Source: an uncultured Marvinbryantia sp. (GTDB lineage Bacteria > Bacillota > Clostridia > Lachnospirales > Lachnospiraceae). From it: DNA of 64,000 nucleotides. The DNA lies in contig CAZAQD010000004.1 of NCBI GenBank assembly GCA_964487425.1, positions 7,063-71,062 on the forward strand. The letters run 5' to 3'. The translations under genes were made by a program, and so were the position numbers. The notes under the pieces are model-generated. The model was given only the letters and a program-made list of their open reading frames with translations. It was not told the DNA's origin and did not search any database. Of this stretch, positions 29,752 through 38,666 are shown piece by piece; position 1 is the first letter of the stretch; the number at the start of each line of letters is the position of its first letter.

Positions 29752-30348
29752 ATGAGTTTTTTAGATAAGTTTTTAAATGCCATGAAGCTGAACGACGACT
29801 ATGACGATGAAGATTTTTTAGAGGATGAAATAGACGAATACGAAGAAGAACGTCCGAAAAAAAGTTTTTTTAAAAAATCCAAAAATACAGAACCGCTTGA
29901 CGACTTTGATGAGGATGACGGGTTTGACGATGAACCGGTTATGCGCAAGACTATGAAGCAGTCCAGGACTTTAAAGACGGCATCTCCGAAGGTAAAGCCG
30001 ATTACCACAGCTTCCTCCGCCAAAGTTTCACCGATCCGCACGCGCAAGAGTGCCAGCGATATGGCTGTTTGCGTGATAAAGCCTAAAAACATGGAGGACG
30101 CTCGTGAGATAACGGAAACGCTGCTGGCAAACTGCACGGTGGTTCTGAATATGGAAGGACAGGATATGGATTTTGCGCAGAGGATCATTGATTTTACATC
30201 CGGTTCCTGTTATGCCATTCACGGCAATCTGCAGAAAATCAGTAATTACATATTTATCATTACTCCGGCATCGGTGGACGTTTCCGGAGACTTTCAGGAT
30301 CTTTTAGGCGGCGCTTTTGATATTCCATCAATGCATACGAATTACTGA
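29752..30348 (+). CDS. sepF: Cell division protein SepF
   Basis: Acidic linker; C-terminal P...EDA..I...L...VVLN...AQRIIDF..G pattern. Confidence 0.93.
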   Translation: MSFLDKFLNAMKLNDDYDDEDFLEDEIDEYEEERPKKSFFKKSKNTEPLDDFDEDDGFDDEPVMRKTMKQSRTLKTASPKVKPITTASSAKVSPIRTRKSASDMAVCVIKPKNMEDAREITETLLANCTVVLNMEGQDMDFAQRIIDFTSGSCYAIHGNLQKISNYIFIITPASVDVSGDFQDLLGGAFDIPSMHTNY

Positions 30349-30350
30349 TT

Positions 30351-31106
30351 ATGAATAAAGAAGACGAATTATTTCAAAAAAGGCTGTTGGATCTCGCCAG
30401 GCAGGCAGACAACAGAAGCATTGTCACTTTCACAGATTTTATGAATCTGAATGAATTGAATATTTTTCACAGCAGTACAAGTAAGCTGTCCTTTGTAAAG
30501 TGGCGGCTTTTTGGCGGTTATGAATTTGCGGAGCGTCAGATGGCAGCATTAATACCTGATGCTCTTTCTTATGAATGGGAATATCCGCTGCGCTGTGTCC
30601 GAATCGCCGCGCAAAACGAAAAATATGCGGATACTTTAAATCACCGTGATTACCTTGGCGCTATTTTAAATCTGGGGATTGAACGAAGCAAGATTGGCGA
30701 TATCCTCACAGACGGTACGCACGCCTTTGTGTTTTGTACCGCCAAAATGGCGGATTTCCTCTGTAATGAGCTCACAAGGGTCAAACACAGCCAGGTCACC
30801 CTTTGCTGCGTTTCCCTACAGGAAATGGATTATAAGCCGAAATATGAGCTTATAAAGGGCAGTGTGGCTTCTGTGCGCTTAGACAGCTTACTATCTCTGG
30901 CATTTGGCTCCTCCAGAAGCCGCCTGGCGGAACTGATTGAAGGCGGAAAGGTGTTCGTCAACGGACGGCTTGTATCCTCTAACGGTTATAAGCTTAAAGA
31001 ACAGGATATTATTTCTGTAAGGAGGATGGGGCGTTTCCGCTATATCGGCAGCGCCAGCCAGACCAGAAAAGGCAGGTTATTTATAGAAATCGAAAAATAT
31101 GTATAA
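30351..31106 (+). CDS. ylmH: YlmH S4-domain RNA-binding protein
   Basis: HRDYLGAILNLGIERSKIGDI and SVRLD...S4 domain...SVRRMGRF. Confidence 0.92.
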   Translation: MNKEDELFQKRLLDLARQADNRSIVTFTDFMNLNELNIFHSSTSKLSFVKWRLFGGYEFAERQMAALIPDALSYEWEYPLRCVRIAAQNEKYADTLNHRDYLGAILNLGIERSKIGDILTDGTHAFVFCTAKMADFLCNELTRVKHSQVTLCCVSLQEMDYKPKYELIKGSVASVRLDSLLSLAFGSSRSRLAELIEGGKVFVNGRLVSSNGYKLKEQDIISVRRMGRFRYIGSASQTRKGRLFIEIEKYV

Positions 31107-31122
31107 TGGGAGAGGAAGTCAT

Positions 31123-32247
31123 ATGGCACAGGAAGAAAAAACAAACAGCCTGTTTGTGAAAACAGGCAGCAAAAGCGGATATGAAATTTATTTTGAGGAC
31201 AATTTCGGACAGTTGGCTGCTGTCCTGGAAAAAGACTGCCATATAGGAGATCGGAAAATCTGCATCGTATCCGATGATACTGTAGCAAAGCTTTACGGGG
31301 AAGAGGTTAAAAAGGCGCTGAAAGGCGCCTGTGCAGCCCTTACGGAATTTACATTCCCGGCAGGCGAACCGAACAAGAACCTGAATACGGTCCGTGATCT
31401 CTACGAGTATCTGATTCTGCAGCATTTTGAGCGCAAGGATCTGCTGCTTGCCCTCGGCGGCGGGGTAGTGGGGGACCTGACCGGATTTGCAGCGGCAACC
31501 TACCTGCGCGGCATTGACTTTGTGCAGGTGCCTACTACGCTGCTTGCACAGGTGGACAGCAGTATCGGCGGCAAGACGGGTGTAGACTTTGACAGCTATA
31601 AGAATATGGTGGGAGCGTTCCATCAGCCCCGCCTGGTATATATGAATTTCCAGGTACTCTCCACCCTGACAGAAGAACAATTTGCCTGCGGTATGGGTGA
31701 GGTTTTGAAGCATGGGCTGATTAAAAATGCCGCATACTATGAATGGACCATTGAACATATATCTGAAATCTGCGAGCGCGATGTGGCTGTTTTGCAGAAA
31801 ATGGTTACGGAGAGCTGCAAGATCAAGCGCGCCGTTGTCGAGAAAGATCCGACGGAAAGGGGCGAACGTGCGCTTTTGAATTTCGGGCATACGATCGGGC
31901 ACGCCATCGAGAAGGTGAAATCGCCCGAGCTTCTGCACGGGCATTGCGTAGCGCTCGGCTATGTGGCGGCAGCGTATATTTCCTATAAGAGAGGGCTGCT
32001 TTCAACAGAAGAATTTTATGAGATCCGGGATATGAATGTTGGCTTTGACCTGATGTTCACCGTGGACGGCATTGATTCAGAGGAAATTCTGTCCTATACA
32101 AAATCCGATAAAAAAATGGATGGGGGCAGAGTGAAATTTGTCCTGCTGAAAAAAATAGGAAAAGCATTTATCGATACAAATGTAACAGACGAGGAAATTC
32201 TGGCTGCGATCGATTTTATCAATGCCGATAAGCTGGAGCTTGATTAA
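31123..32247 (+). CDS. aroB: 3-dehydroquinate synthase
   Basis: ALGGGVVGDLTGFAAATYLRG, PTTLLAQVDSSIGGKTG and LNFGHTIGHAIE motifs. Confidence 0.97.
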   Translation: MAQEEKTNSLFVKTGSKSGYEIYFEDNFGQLAAVLEKDCHIGDRKICIVSDDTVAKLYGEEVKKALKGACAALTEFTFPAGEPNKNLNTVRDLYEYLILQHFERKDLLLALGGGVVGDLTGFAAATYLRGIDFVQVPTTLLAQVDSSIGGKTGVDFDSYKNMVGAFHQPRLVYMNFQVLSTLTEEQFACGMGEVLKHGLIKNAAYYEWTIEHISEICERDVAVLQKMVTESCKIKRAVVEKDPTERGERALLNFGHTIGHAIEKVKSPELLHGHCVALGYVAAAYISYKRGLLSTEEFYEIRDMNVGFDLMFTVDGIDSEEILSYTKSDKKMDGGRVKFVLLKKIGKAFIDTNVTDEEILAAIDFINADKLELD

Positions 32248-32268
32248 TCCCGTCTGGCGGAGGCATGA

Positions 32269-32766
32269 ATGAATCTTTCGAAACAGAAATTAAAAAGTAT
32301 GCTCTGGGGTCTGGCAGGTGTGATTATCCTCACCTGCCTCGATCAGTTTACAAAATATCTGGCGATGGCGAAGTTTAAGGATCACGCATCCCTGGTTCTG
32401 ATTCCCGGGATATTTGAGCTTACTTACCTGGAAAACAGAGGAGCTGCCTGGGGGATGCTTGAGAATTTTCAATGGCTGTTTCTGATATTGACAGCCGTTT
32501 TAATGGCAGCACTGGTATGGTTCTATTGGAAGGCACCGGCAGAAAAACATTATCGTGCGTTTCGCATATTAGCGGCGATCCTTTGTGCCGGGGCGCTCGG
32601 CAATGCAATTGACCGCGGTATACAAGGATATGTCGTGGATTTCTTTTATATTTCATGGATTAACTTTCCCGTGTTTAATGTGGCGGATTGCTACGTAACT
32701 GTTTCTCTGGTGCTGTTTTTGTTCATATATCGGAAAGAGGTCATAGAATGGATACAAAGAGAATAA
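32269..32766 (+). CDS. lspA: Signal peptidase II
   Basis: DQFTK, NRGAAWG, GALGNAIDR, VVDF and FNVAD motifs. Confidence 0.96.
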   Translation: MNLSKQKLKSMLWGLAGVIILTCLDQFTKYLAMAKFKDHASLVLIPGIFELTYLENRGAAWGMLENFQWLFLILTAVLMAALVWFYWKAPAEKHYRAFRILAAILCAGALGNAIDRGIQGYVVDFFYISWINFPVFNVADCYVTVSLVLFLFIYRKEVIEWIQRE

Positions 32767-33665
32767 TTGCAGGAGAAGAAGCGGTACAGGAAAGAATCGA
32801 TAAATATCTCGCAGATACCGTATCCGGGGCTTCCCGCTCTTTTATACAGAAGCTTTTAAAAGAAGGTATGGTATTCGTGAACGGAAAAACGGCGAAGGCA
32901 AATTATAAGCTTTCTAATGAAGATGAAATTGTCCTTACCATCCCCGTGCAGGAGGAGCCGGATATCCTGCCGGAAAATATTCCCCTCACAATCCTTTATG
33001 AGGACAGCGACTTAATCGTTGTTAATAAGCCTAAGGGTATGGTCGTCCATCCGGCGGCGGGGCATTATACGGGGACATTGGTGAACGCCCTTATGTATCA
33101 CTGCAAAGACGACCTTTCCGGCATCAACGGATGCCTGCGTCCGGGGATCGTGCATAGGATCGACCGCAATACAACCGGCTCCCTGATTGCCTGTAAAAAC
33201 GATTTCGCGCACCAGTCGATTGCCGGACAGCTAAAGGAGCATTCGATTACCCGCAAGTATCGGGCGATTGTGCATGGAAATCTAAAGGATGAGGAGGGAA
33301 CCATCGATATGCCTATCGGTCGCCACCGTACGGACCGGAAGAAAATGGCGGTCGATGTAAAAAACGGACACAATGCCATTACCCATTACCGTGTCCTGGA
33401 GCGTTTTGGACAGTATACCTATATCGAGTGCCGCCTTGAGACAGGACGGACGCATCAGATCCGTGTGCATATGAGCAGCATTCATCATCCGATTCTTGGA
33501 GATGATGTGTATGGACCGGCAAAATGCCCGGTTGCCGGGCTGCAGGGGCAGACACTCCACGCCCAGGTGCTTGGCTTCCACCATCCGCGGACAAACGCTT
33601 ACATGGAGTTTTCGGCTCCATTACCTGAGTATTTTGAGTTTTTGCTGCAAAAATTTCGCAAATAA
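32748..33665 (+). CDS. RluA-family pseudouridine synthase (RluD-like)
   Basis: S4 domain, NKPKGMVVHP, HRIDRNTTG and TGRTHQIRVH; follows lspA. Confidence 0.93.
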   Translation: MDTKRIIAGEEAVQERIDKYLADTVSGASRSFIQKLLKEGMVFVNGKTAKANYKLSNEDEIVLTIPVQEEPDILPENIPLTILYEDSDLIVVNKPKGMVVHPAAGHYTGTLVNALMYHCKDDLSGINGCLRPGIVHRIDRNTTGSLIACKNDFAHQSIAGQLKEHSITRKYRAIVHGNLKDEEGTIDMPIGRHRTDRKKMAVDVKNGHNAITHYRVLERFGQYTYIECRLETGRTHQIRVHMSSIHHPILGDDVYGPAKCPVAGLQGQTLHAQVLGFHHPRTNAYMEFSAPLPEYFEFLLQKFRK

Positions 33666-33748
33666 ATGTTAAAAATGCATAAAAGTATATACTTTTTCGC
33701 AAATTTGTTGTATAATACTTCTAAACAGAAAGAAAGGGGTATTAGCTT

Positions 33749-34384
33749 ATGGGATGTAGCTCTATTATTACAATTGGAAGGCAGTACGGCAGCGGCGGAA
33801 GAGAGATTGGCCAAAAGCTAGCCGACTCCCTCGGTATTCAGTGTTATGATAACGAATTGCTTGACCGCGCGGCAAAGGACAGCGGAATCTGCCAGGAATT
33901 ATTTGAAAACCACGATGAAAAGCCAACAAACAGTTTTTTATATTCTTTAGTCATGGATACGTACTCTATGGGTTATGCATCCGCAGTGTTGTCTGATATG
34001 CCGCTGAATCATAAGATATTTCTGGCACAGTTTAACGCGATCAAGAATATTGCCAATGAAGGTCCGTGCGTAATGGTTGGGCGCTGCGCAGATTATGCGC
34101 TGGAGGATTATACAAACCGGATTTCCGTTTTCATTTACGGTAAGCTGGACAAACGGATACGCCGAATCGCTGACCGGCACAATTTAACGGACACCAAAGC
34201 AAAGGATGCGATCCAGAAAACGGATAAACAGCGTGCAAGCTATTACAATTATTATACCAGCAAGAGATGGGGCGATATCTCCAGCTATGATCTGTGTATT
34301 GACAGCGGAATCCTAGGGATTGATGGAACCGTCGATACCATCAGATCGTTTGTCTGCCAAAGAGAGGCGCTGCTGAAAAAATAA
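33749..34384 (+). CDS. Cytidylate kinase-like family protein
   Basis: [32 protein letters not shown]...WG and YDLCIDS motifs. Confidence 0.88.
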   Translation: MGCSSIITIGRQYGSGGREIGQKLADSLGIQCYDNELLDRAAKDSGICQELFENHDEKPTNSFLYSLVMDTYSMGYASAVLSDMPLNHKIFLAQFNAIKNIANEGPCVMVGRCADYALEDYTNRISVFIYGKLDKRIRRIADRHNLTDTKAKDAIQKTDKQRASYYNYYTSKRWGDISSYDLCIDSGILGIDGTVDTIRSFVCQREALLKK

Positions 34385-34409
34385 AGAAAAACGGACGGAG
34401 ATACACAGC

Positions 34410-34847
34410 ATGAAGTTTGTGATACAACGTGTGGCAGAAGCATCGGTAACTGTCAATCACGAGACAATTGGTTCGATTGGAAAAGGATTTCTCGTGCTGA
34501 TCGGAGCAGGGCGGGACGATACGAAGGAACAGGCGGATTACCTGATCCGAAAAATGATTGGACTGCGGATTTTTCAGGATGAGAACGGAAAGACCAACCT
34601 TTCCCTGAAAGAAGTGGATGGAGAACTGCTTCTGGTTTCGCAGTTTACATTATATGCAAATTGCAAAAAAGGAAACCGCCCCAGCTTTATTGAAGCCGGC
34701 GAGCCGCAAATGGCGGAAGCACTGTATGAATATGTGATTTCAGAGTGCAAAAAACAGGTGCCGATCGTGGAAACGGGGTTGTTCGGCGCAGACATGAAAG
34801 TAGCATTAGTCAATGATGGTCCATTTACGATTATACTGGAAAATTAA
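34410..34847 (+). CDS. dtd: D-aminoacyl-tRNA deacylase
   Basis: VIQRV, SQFTL, GNRPSF and [14 protein letters not shown] motifs. Confidence 0.97.
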   Translation: MKFVIQRVAEASVTVNHETIGSIGKGFLVLIGAGRDDTKEQADYLIRKMIGLRIFQDENGKTNLSLKEVDGELLLVSQFTLYANCKKGNRPSFIEAGEPQMAEALYEYVISECKKQVPIVETGLFGADMKVALVNDGPFTIILEN

Positions 34848-34863
34848 CACCATATAGGAAATT

Positions 34864-34897
34864 AAGCTGCCTGCAAAATTTAGCAGGCAGCTTTTTT
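34864..34897 (+). terminator. Intrinsic terminator after dtd
   Basis: AAGCTGCCTGC/GCAGGCAGCTT 11-bp stem followed by a T-run. Confidence 0.85.
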
Positions 34898-34948
34898 CAA
34901 TTTGATCGTAAATATAGAGATCGCAGAAAAATGATAAAAACCGAGAAT

Positions 34949-34975
34949 AAATTACATAACTAAATTATGTAAACT
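34949..34975. other. Candidate dif (chromosome dimer resolution) site
   Basis: AAATTACATAA-CTAAA-TTATGTAAACT. The right arm equals the B. subtilis dif arm TTATGTAAACT. The site lies at the gene-orientation switch, 18 bp from the Xer gene stop. Confidence 0.65.
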
Positions 34976-34993
34976 GATTGCAAAAACTGTAAT

Positions 34994-36058
34994 TTATTTC
35001 TCCTCGCGAAGGCGGACAGCAGTAGCGGCAAGCCGCCTTCTCTGGTCATCCATCGCGGCATAATGCTTTTTCGTAGTGTTGACATCCTTATGTCCCAATA
35101 CATCGGCAACCAGATAGATGTCGTTTGTTTCCTGATATAAGGTTGTCCCATATGTACTGCGAAGCTTATGAGGCGTAATTTTTTTCGTCGTTGTAATTTG
35201 TCCGGCATATTTTTTAACCAGATTTTCTACCGCCTGTACGCCGATACGTTTTCGCTGCGTAGATAAAAACAGCGCATTCTCGTGACCGGCAATCGGTGTG
35301 ATCCCGTTTCTTTCTTCCAGATAATTGCGCAGGGCTTTTTCTACCTCATCGCCAAAGTAGACCACCATTTCATTCCCGCCTTTTCGTACCACCTTAATGC
35401 CGTTATTCTTAAAATCGACATCCCGGATATCAAGCCCTACGCACTCGGAGACACGGATTCCGGTGCCCAGCAGAAGCGTTATCAGCGCCAGATCGCGTAC
35501 TTTTGTCTTTTCCCAGTAAACTTTCTTCTGACCGCTCAGAAAATCGCCGCAATGCTCAATATAATCCAGCAGAGATGCCGTTTCATCCACGTCCAGACGT
35601 ACAATAGCCTTTTCATGGATTTTAGGCATATCCACAAGCACCGTTGGATTTGTCTTTATCTGTCCCCGCTTAAAATAATATGCATAAAACCCTCTCAAAG
35701 CCACTATTTTACGCTTTAATGCGCGTTCCCCGTTTGTCTTCATATTATGCTCATCCGTGCGGTAAACCTTCAGGTATTCCAGATATTCCTCAATGTCAAC
35801 CGGCTTTAAGGAATCCAGTACCTCCACGGTAAAGTCATTCATCGTCTTATTACGGAATACCGGATTTTCATTGAGCAGAAACTGAAAGAAAACACGGATA
35901 TCGTAGGCATAAGAAATCCGTGTTCTTGTTGAAGTGGTCGGCTCAATGGCACGAAAATAATCTTTGACAAACGGCGGCATGGTCTTAATGATTTCACGCA
36001 GCCGCAAAGTATTGTCAATATTTTTTTGTTCATGATATGTTAACTGTGATTTATCCAT
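34994..36058 (-). CDS. Xer-family tyrosine recombinase (XerC/XerS-like, 354 aa)
   Basis: Full catalytic set: GIRVSE (R), RKGG (K), HKLR (HxxR), LGH and KHY (Y). No mobile-element genes nearby. Confidence 0.9.
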   Translation of the reverse strand: MDKSQLTYHEQKNIDNTLRLREIIKTMPPFVKDYFRAIEPTTSTRTRISYAYDIRVFFQFLLNENPVFRNKTMNDFTVEVLDSLKPVDIEEYLEYLKVYRTDEHNMKTNGERALKRKIVALRGFYAYYFKRGQIKTNPTVLVDMPKIHEKAIVRLDVDETASLLDYIEHCGDFLSGQKKVYWEKTKVRDLALITLLLGTGIRVSECVGLDIRDVDFKNNGIKVVRKGGNEMVVYFGDEVEKALRNYLEERNGITPIAGHENALFLSTQRKRIGVQAVENLVKKYAGQITTTKKITPHKLRSTYGTTLYQETNDIYLVADVLGHKDVNTTKKHYAAMDDQRRRLAATAVRLREEK

Positions 36059-36120
36059 GATATAAAAAATCCCTTTCTGGCGGTATAATCGGTCATTTCC
36101 TTCTTTATCTATTGGGAAAA

Positions 36121-36252
36121 CTATGGTTTGTCGTATAGATGTATCTCACTGCTCCAATTTGATTTTCTCGAAAATATCCTTATGTACAAGAATTTCATTA
36201 AACTTTTCATATCATAACCGAGATACAATGTTTTGGAATGAAACATAATCAT
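36121..36252 (-). pseudogene. Small ORF or gene remnant, 43 codons (MIMFHSKTLYLGYDMKSL...DKP)
   Basis: Hand-translated. GGAGGTGA RBS at 36263-36256 and an upstream TTGTCA-N17-TATAAT promoter. Probable frameshift after GYDMK. Confidence 0.5.
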
Positions 36253-36314
36253 ACGTCACCTCCGCAAACATCAATAAATGAACACAGCAGCTTAACGATA
36301 TATACTATAATACA

Positions 36315-36343
36315 ATTATACATCGAAATTATGCCTTTGACAA
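36315..36343 (-). promoter_or_regulatory. SigA-type promoter upstream of the small ORF and the xer gene
   Basis: TTGTCA (36343-36338), 17 bp, TATAAT (36320-36315) on the minus strand. Confidence 0.6.
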
Positions 36344-36379
36344 ATTATTGTGCATTGGAAAATGAAAATTATTTGAAGT

Positions 36380-36712
36380 TTATTTCAATTCCTCCGAATA
36401 ATACGGAACGACCAGAAGTTTTCCATATTCCACCATATTGCCCACATGGTTGATCCTCTGAACCTCATGCACATACTCGTCAATGCTTTTATATTCTTCC
36501 GTCATATATTCCTCTGCAATGCTCCAAAGCGTATCTCCGCGCTGCACACGGACATCCGTATAATACTTATAAGTCTGCGGCTTCTGTGCCGTTACATTCA
36601 AATGGTTGCAAAATACGGACATAATCAATGCGAAAAAAACAATCCCAATCACTGTGGCAATCCGGCGGTTTCTCTTAACCTGGCGCTTCCTCATTCTCTT
36701 TGCTCTGCTCAT
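36380..36712 (-). CDS. yneA: YneA-like SOS cell-division inhibitor (TM + LysM)
   Basis: Basic N-terminus, TM segment, LysM VQRGDTLWSIA...IN; LexA boxes upstream; GGAGG RBS. Confidence 0.8.
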   Translation of the reverse strand: MSRAKRMRKRQVKRNRRIATVIGIVFFALIMSVFCNHLNVTAQKPQTYKYYTDVRVQRGDTLWSIAEEYMTEEYKSIDEYVHEVQRINHVGNMVEYGKLLVVPYYSEELK

Positions 36713-36726
36713 AATACTCTCCCTCC

Positions 36727-36810
36727 AGAACTTTTGTTCGATAAAAGCATTATAATGTACGAACAAATGTTTGTCAATGGGTTTTGAGAAATTTTTCGAA
36801 CATATATTCT
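36727..36810 (-). promoter_or_regulatory. yneA SigA promoter with three LexA (SOS/Cheo) boxes
   Basis: AGAACTTTTGTTCG 36727-36740, CGAACAAATGTTTG 36760-36773, CGAACATATATTCT 36797-36810. Perfect TTGACA (36777-36772)-N17-TATAAT (36754-36749). Confidence 0.88.
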
Positions 36811-36886
36811 CTTTTCGCTTTGCAGGTAAAAAACAGCGCAGCCGTTATCCGGCTACCATCAAACTAAAACAGTTTCTTTTCGTTTC

Positions 36887-38611
36887 TCATTCTTCTGTCT
36901 CTGTATCGGTATTGCTCTCCGTCTGCGGCGCTGCCGAGACTGCAGGCGCAAATACCTCCTTTGCCTTTGCCAGCCCTTCGCCCAGCTCTTCCGTCGTGCG
37001 GTCGTAGGACGCCTGCGCTTCTTCCTGTATCCCGTCGATGCCCATTGTACTTTCGATATTTGCCACATCATCCAGCGGCAGTATGAAATACTTTGAGCCA
37101 TCGTTATCGGAATAGCGGTAAACCCAGGTAGGAAGCAGATCCACATCCTGCAGGGTCACTTCTCCCCTGCTGTCCTGATGCAATGTGAGGGTAATCATCG
37201 CCCCATCCTCCGTGTGCCCGGTCGGCATCTCATCCATCATCAAATAGGTACGCTGGTTGCTGAGGGCATTTCCCTCGGAAAAGATGCAGAACATATAATT
37301 GCCATCGGTGTTCTCAAAGACATCAATCGGCTGCTCGCAGTGCGGATGCCCGCCGATGATGGCGTTTACGCCCATATTGCAAAGCTCCTGGGCAATTTCC
37401 CGCTGATAGTCCGCTTCCTCCAATTGGTATTCATTGCCCCAATGCATCTGCGCGATGATAAACTGCGCGCCCTCCGCTTTCATCTCACGGATATTCTCTT
37501 CCATCTCTTCATAAAATGGATCAAGATTGTAATAATCAAAGGAATTTAAAAGCGGCGCGTCCTCCGTCTCCAGTATCAATCCGTTGATGCTTTTGGCGCC
37601 GTCCGTCTGGCTGGTCGTTTCATACACATAATTGACAAAACCGACGCGGATTCCCTTGATATCCGCTATGTAGTAATGCTGGTCCGCTTCCGTCTTCCTC
37701 GTACCTGTATAGGCGATCCCTTTTTCCTCGTAAACCTCCATTGTGCGGTTGAAGGCATAGCTCCACCCGTCATAAATATGGTTGGTCGCCAGAAACTGCA
37801 GGTCTACGCCGCTATCGCGAATATTTTCAATGATAATATCTGGCGATTTAAAGGAAGGATACCCGGAATAGCCAAGCTCATCGCCGCCCAGCGCCCCTTC
37901 AAACTCACAGGTCATATAATCAGGCGCACTATAATACGGCGTTATGTACTGATAAATGGATGCAAAATCATAATTTCCCTCTTCATCGGGATAAGAATCG
38001 ATAAACGGGGAATGCAGCAGCATACATCCGGTGCTGCCGATCGTGATCTCCTTTTCGTCGTAAATCTTTTTGGCCTCACTCTCCGTCATAATCTCCGTTT
38101 CCGGCGTCTTACGGCTGAAAATTTTGCTTCCTGCCGCGCCGATCAGCTTTACGAAACCGACCAGCAGCAAAATGCAAAGCACGACCGCTGTCGCTGCCAA
38201 AACGCCCAGGAGTGCATTGTGAAGGATCTCCTTTTTCCGGTATGCGGCATACTTCTCCGGCGGCAGCTTTTTGCGTAACTGCTCCCTCTTTCGTTTCGCC
38301 TTTCTCTGCCGGAAGCGGAAATCACTATAGGCGTCCTGCAGGAAATATACGGCATCCATGAAGCGTTCGCCTATACGCGCGCCCGCCTTTTTAAGCATGG
38401 CTCTAAACGATACGTTCTCCTTAGGCTCTTTCACCTTAGGCTCTTTCGCCTTTGTTTTTTTCAGCTTTATTTCTTGCGGCGTTGCTTCTTTGGCTTTCGC
38501 CTTTCTCTCCTTTACCGCCTGTTTCTCCGGCGCATTTCCCTTCTCATTTTCCTTTGTCGCTGCTTCTTTCGTATTTGGCGCTTTTTCCACCGTTTTTTTC
38601 TTATCCTTCAT
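36887..38611 (-). CDS. CapA (PGA_cap) family metallophosphoesterase with a Lys/Glu-rich N-terminus and TM
   Basis: LATNHIYD, HWGNEY, IIGGHPH and SEGNALSNQ motifs. Confidence 0.85.
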   Translation of the reverse strand: MKDKKKTVEKAPNTKEAATKENEKGNAPEKQAVKERKAKAKEATPQEIKLKKTKAKEPKVKEPKENVSFRAMLKKAGARIGERFMDAVYFLQDAYSDFRFRQRKAKRKREQLRKKLPPEKYAAYRKKEILHNALLGVLAATAVVLCILLLVGFVKLIGAAGSKIFSRKTPETEIMTESEAKKIYDEKEITIGSTGCMLLHSPFIDSYPDEEGNYDFASIYQYITPYYSAPDYMTCEFEGALGGDELGYSGYPSFKSPDIIIENIRDSGVDLQFLATNHIYDGWSYAFNRTMEVYEEKGIAYTGTRKTEADQHYYIADIKGIRVGFVNYVYETTSQTDGAKSINGLILETEDAPLLNSFDYYNLDPFYEEMEENIREMKAEGAQFIIAQMHWGNEYQLEEADYQREIAQELCNMGVNAIIGGHPHCEQPIDVFENTDGNYMFCIFSEGNALSNQRTYLMMDEMPTGHTEDGAMITLTLHQDSRGEVTLQDVDLLPTWVYRYSDNDGSKYFILPLDDVANIESTMGIDGIQEEAQASYDRTTEELGEGLAKAKEVFAPAVSAAPQTESNTDTETEE

Positions 38612-38666
38612 AACTCATGATCCTTTGTATACTGCGATGGCGAAATTAGTGCCATATGATTCCTGA

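Noticed and set aside
31081-31944. Long antisense ORFs (also 49230-50165, 47983-48786, 42135-42863, 21884-22588, 9476-10135)
   Set aside because: They are shadows of well-identified genes on the opposite strand, with no recognisable motifs or RBS.
34994-36058. Tyrosine recombinase as the integrase of a prophage or ICE
   Set aside because: There are no phage, conjugation or excisionase genes, no tRNA target and no att-like repeats. The flanks are core genes and the position fits a housekeeping Xer.
36114-36132. GGGAAAACTATGGTTTGTC upstream of xer as a difSL-like site
   Set aside because: The symmetry is poor and the match is weaker than the two motifs downstream of the gene.
36238-36453. 71-aa + strand ORF between xer and yneA
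   Set aside because: It has no RBS, overlaps the yneA 3' end and runs through an AT-rich promoter region. The minus-strand small ORF has better signals.
38421-38447. Repeated TTAGGCTCTTTC unit with 15-bp period
   Set aside because: Only two copies, encoding KEPK repeats in a low-complexity protein N-terminus. It is not a CRISPR array or a meaningful VNTR.
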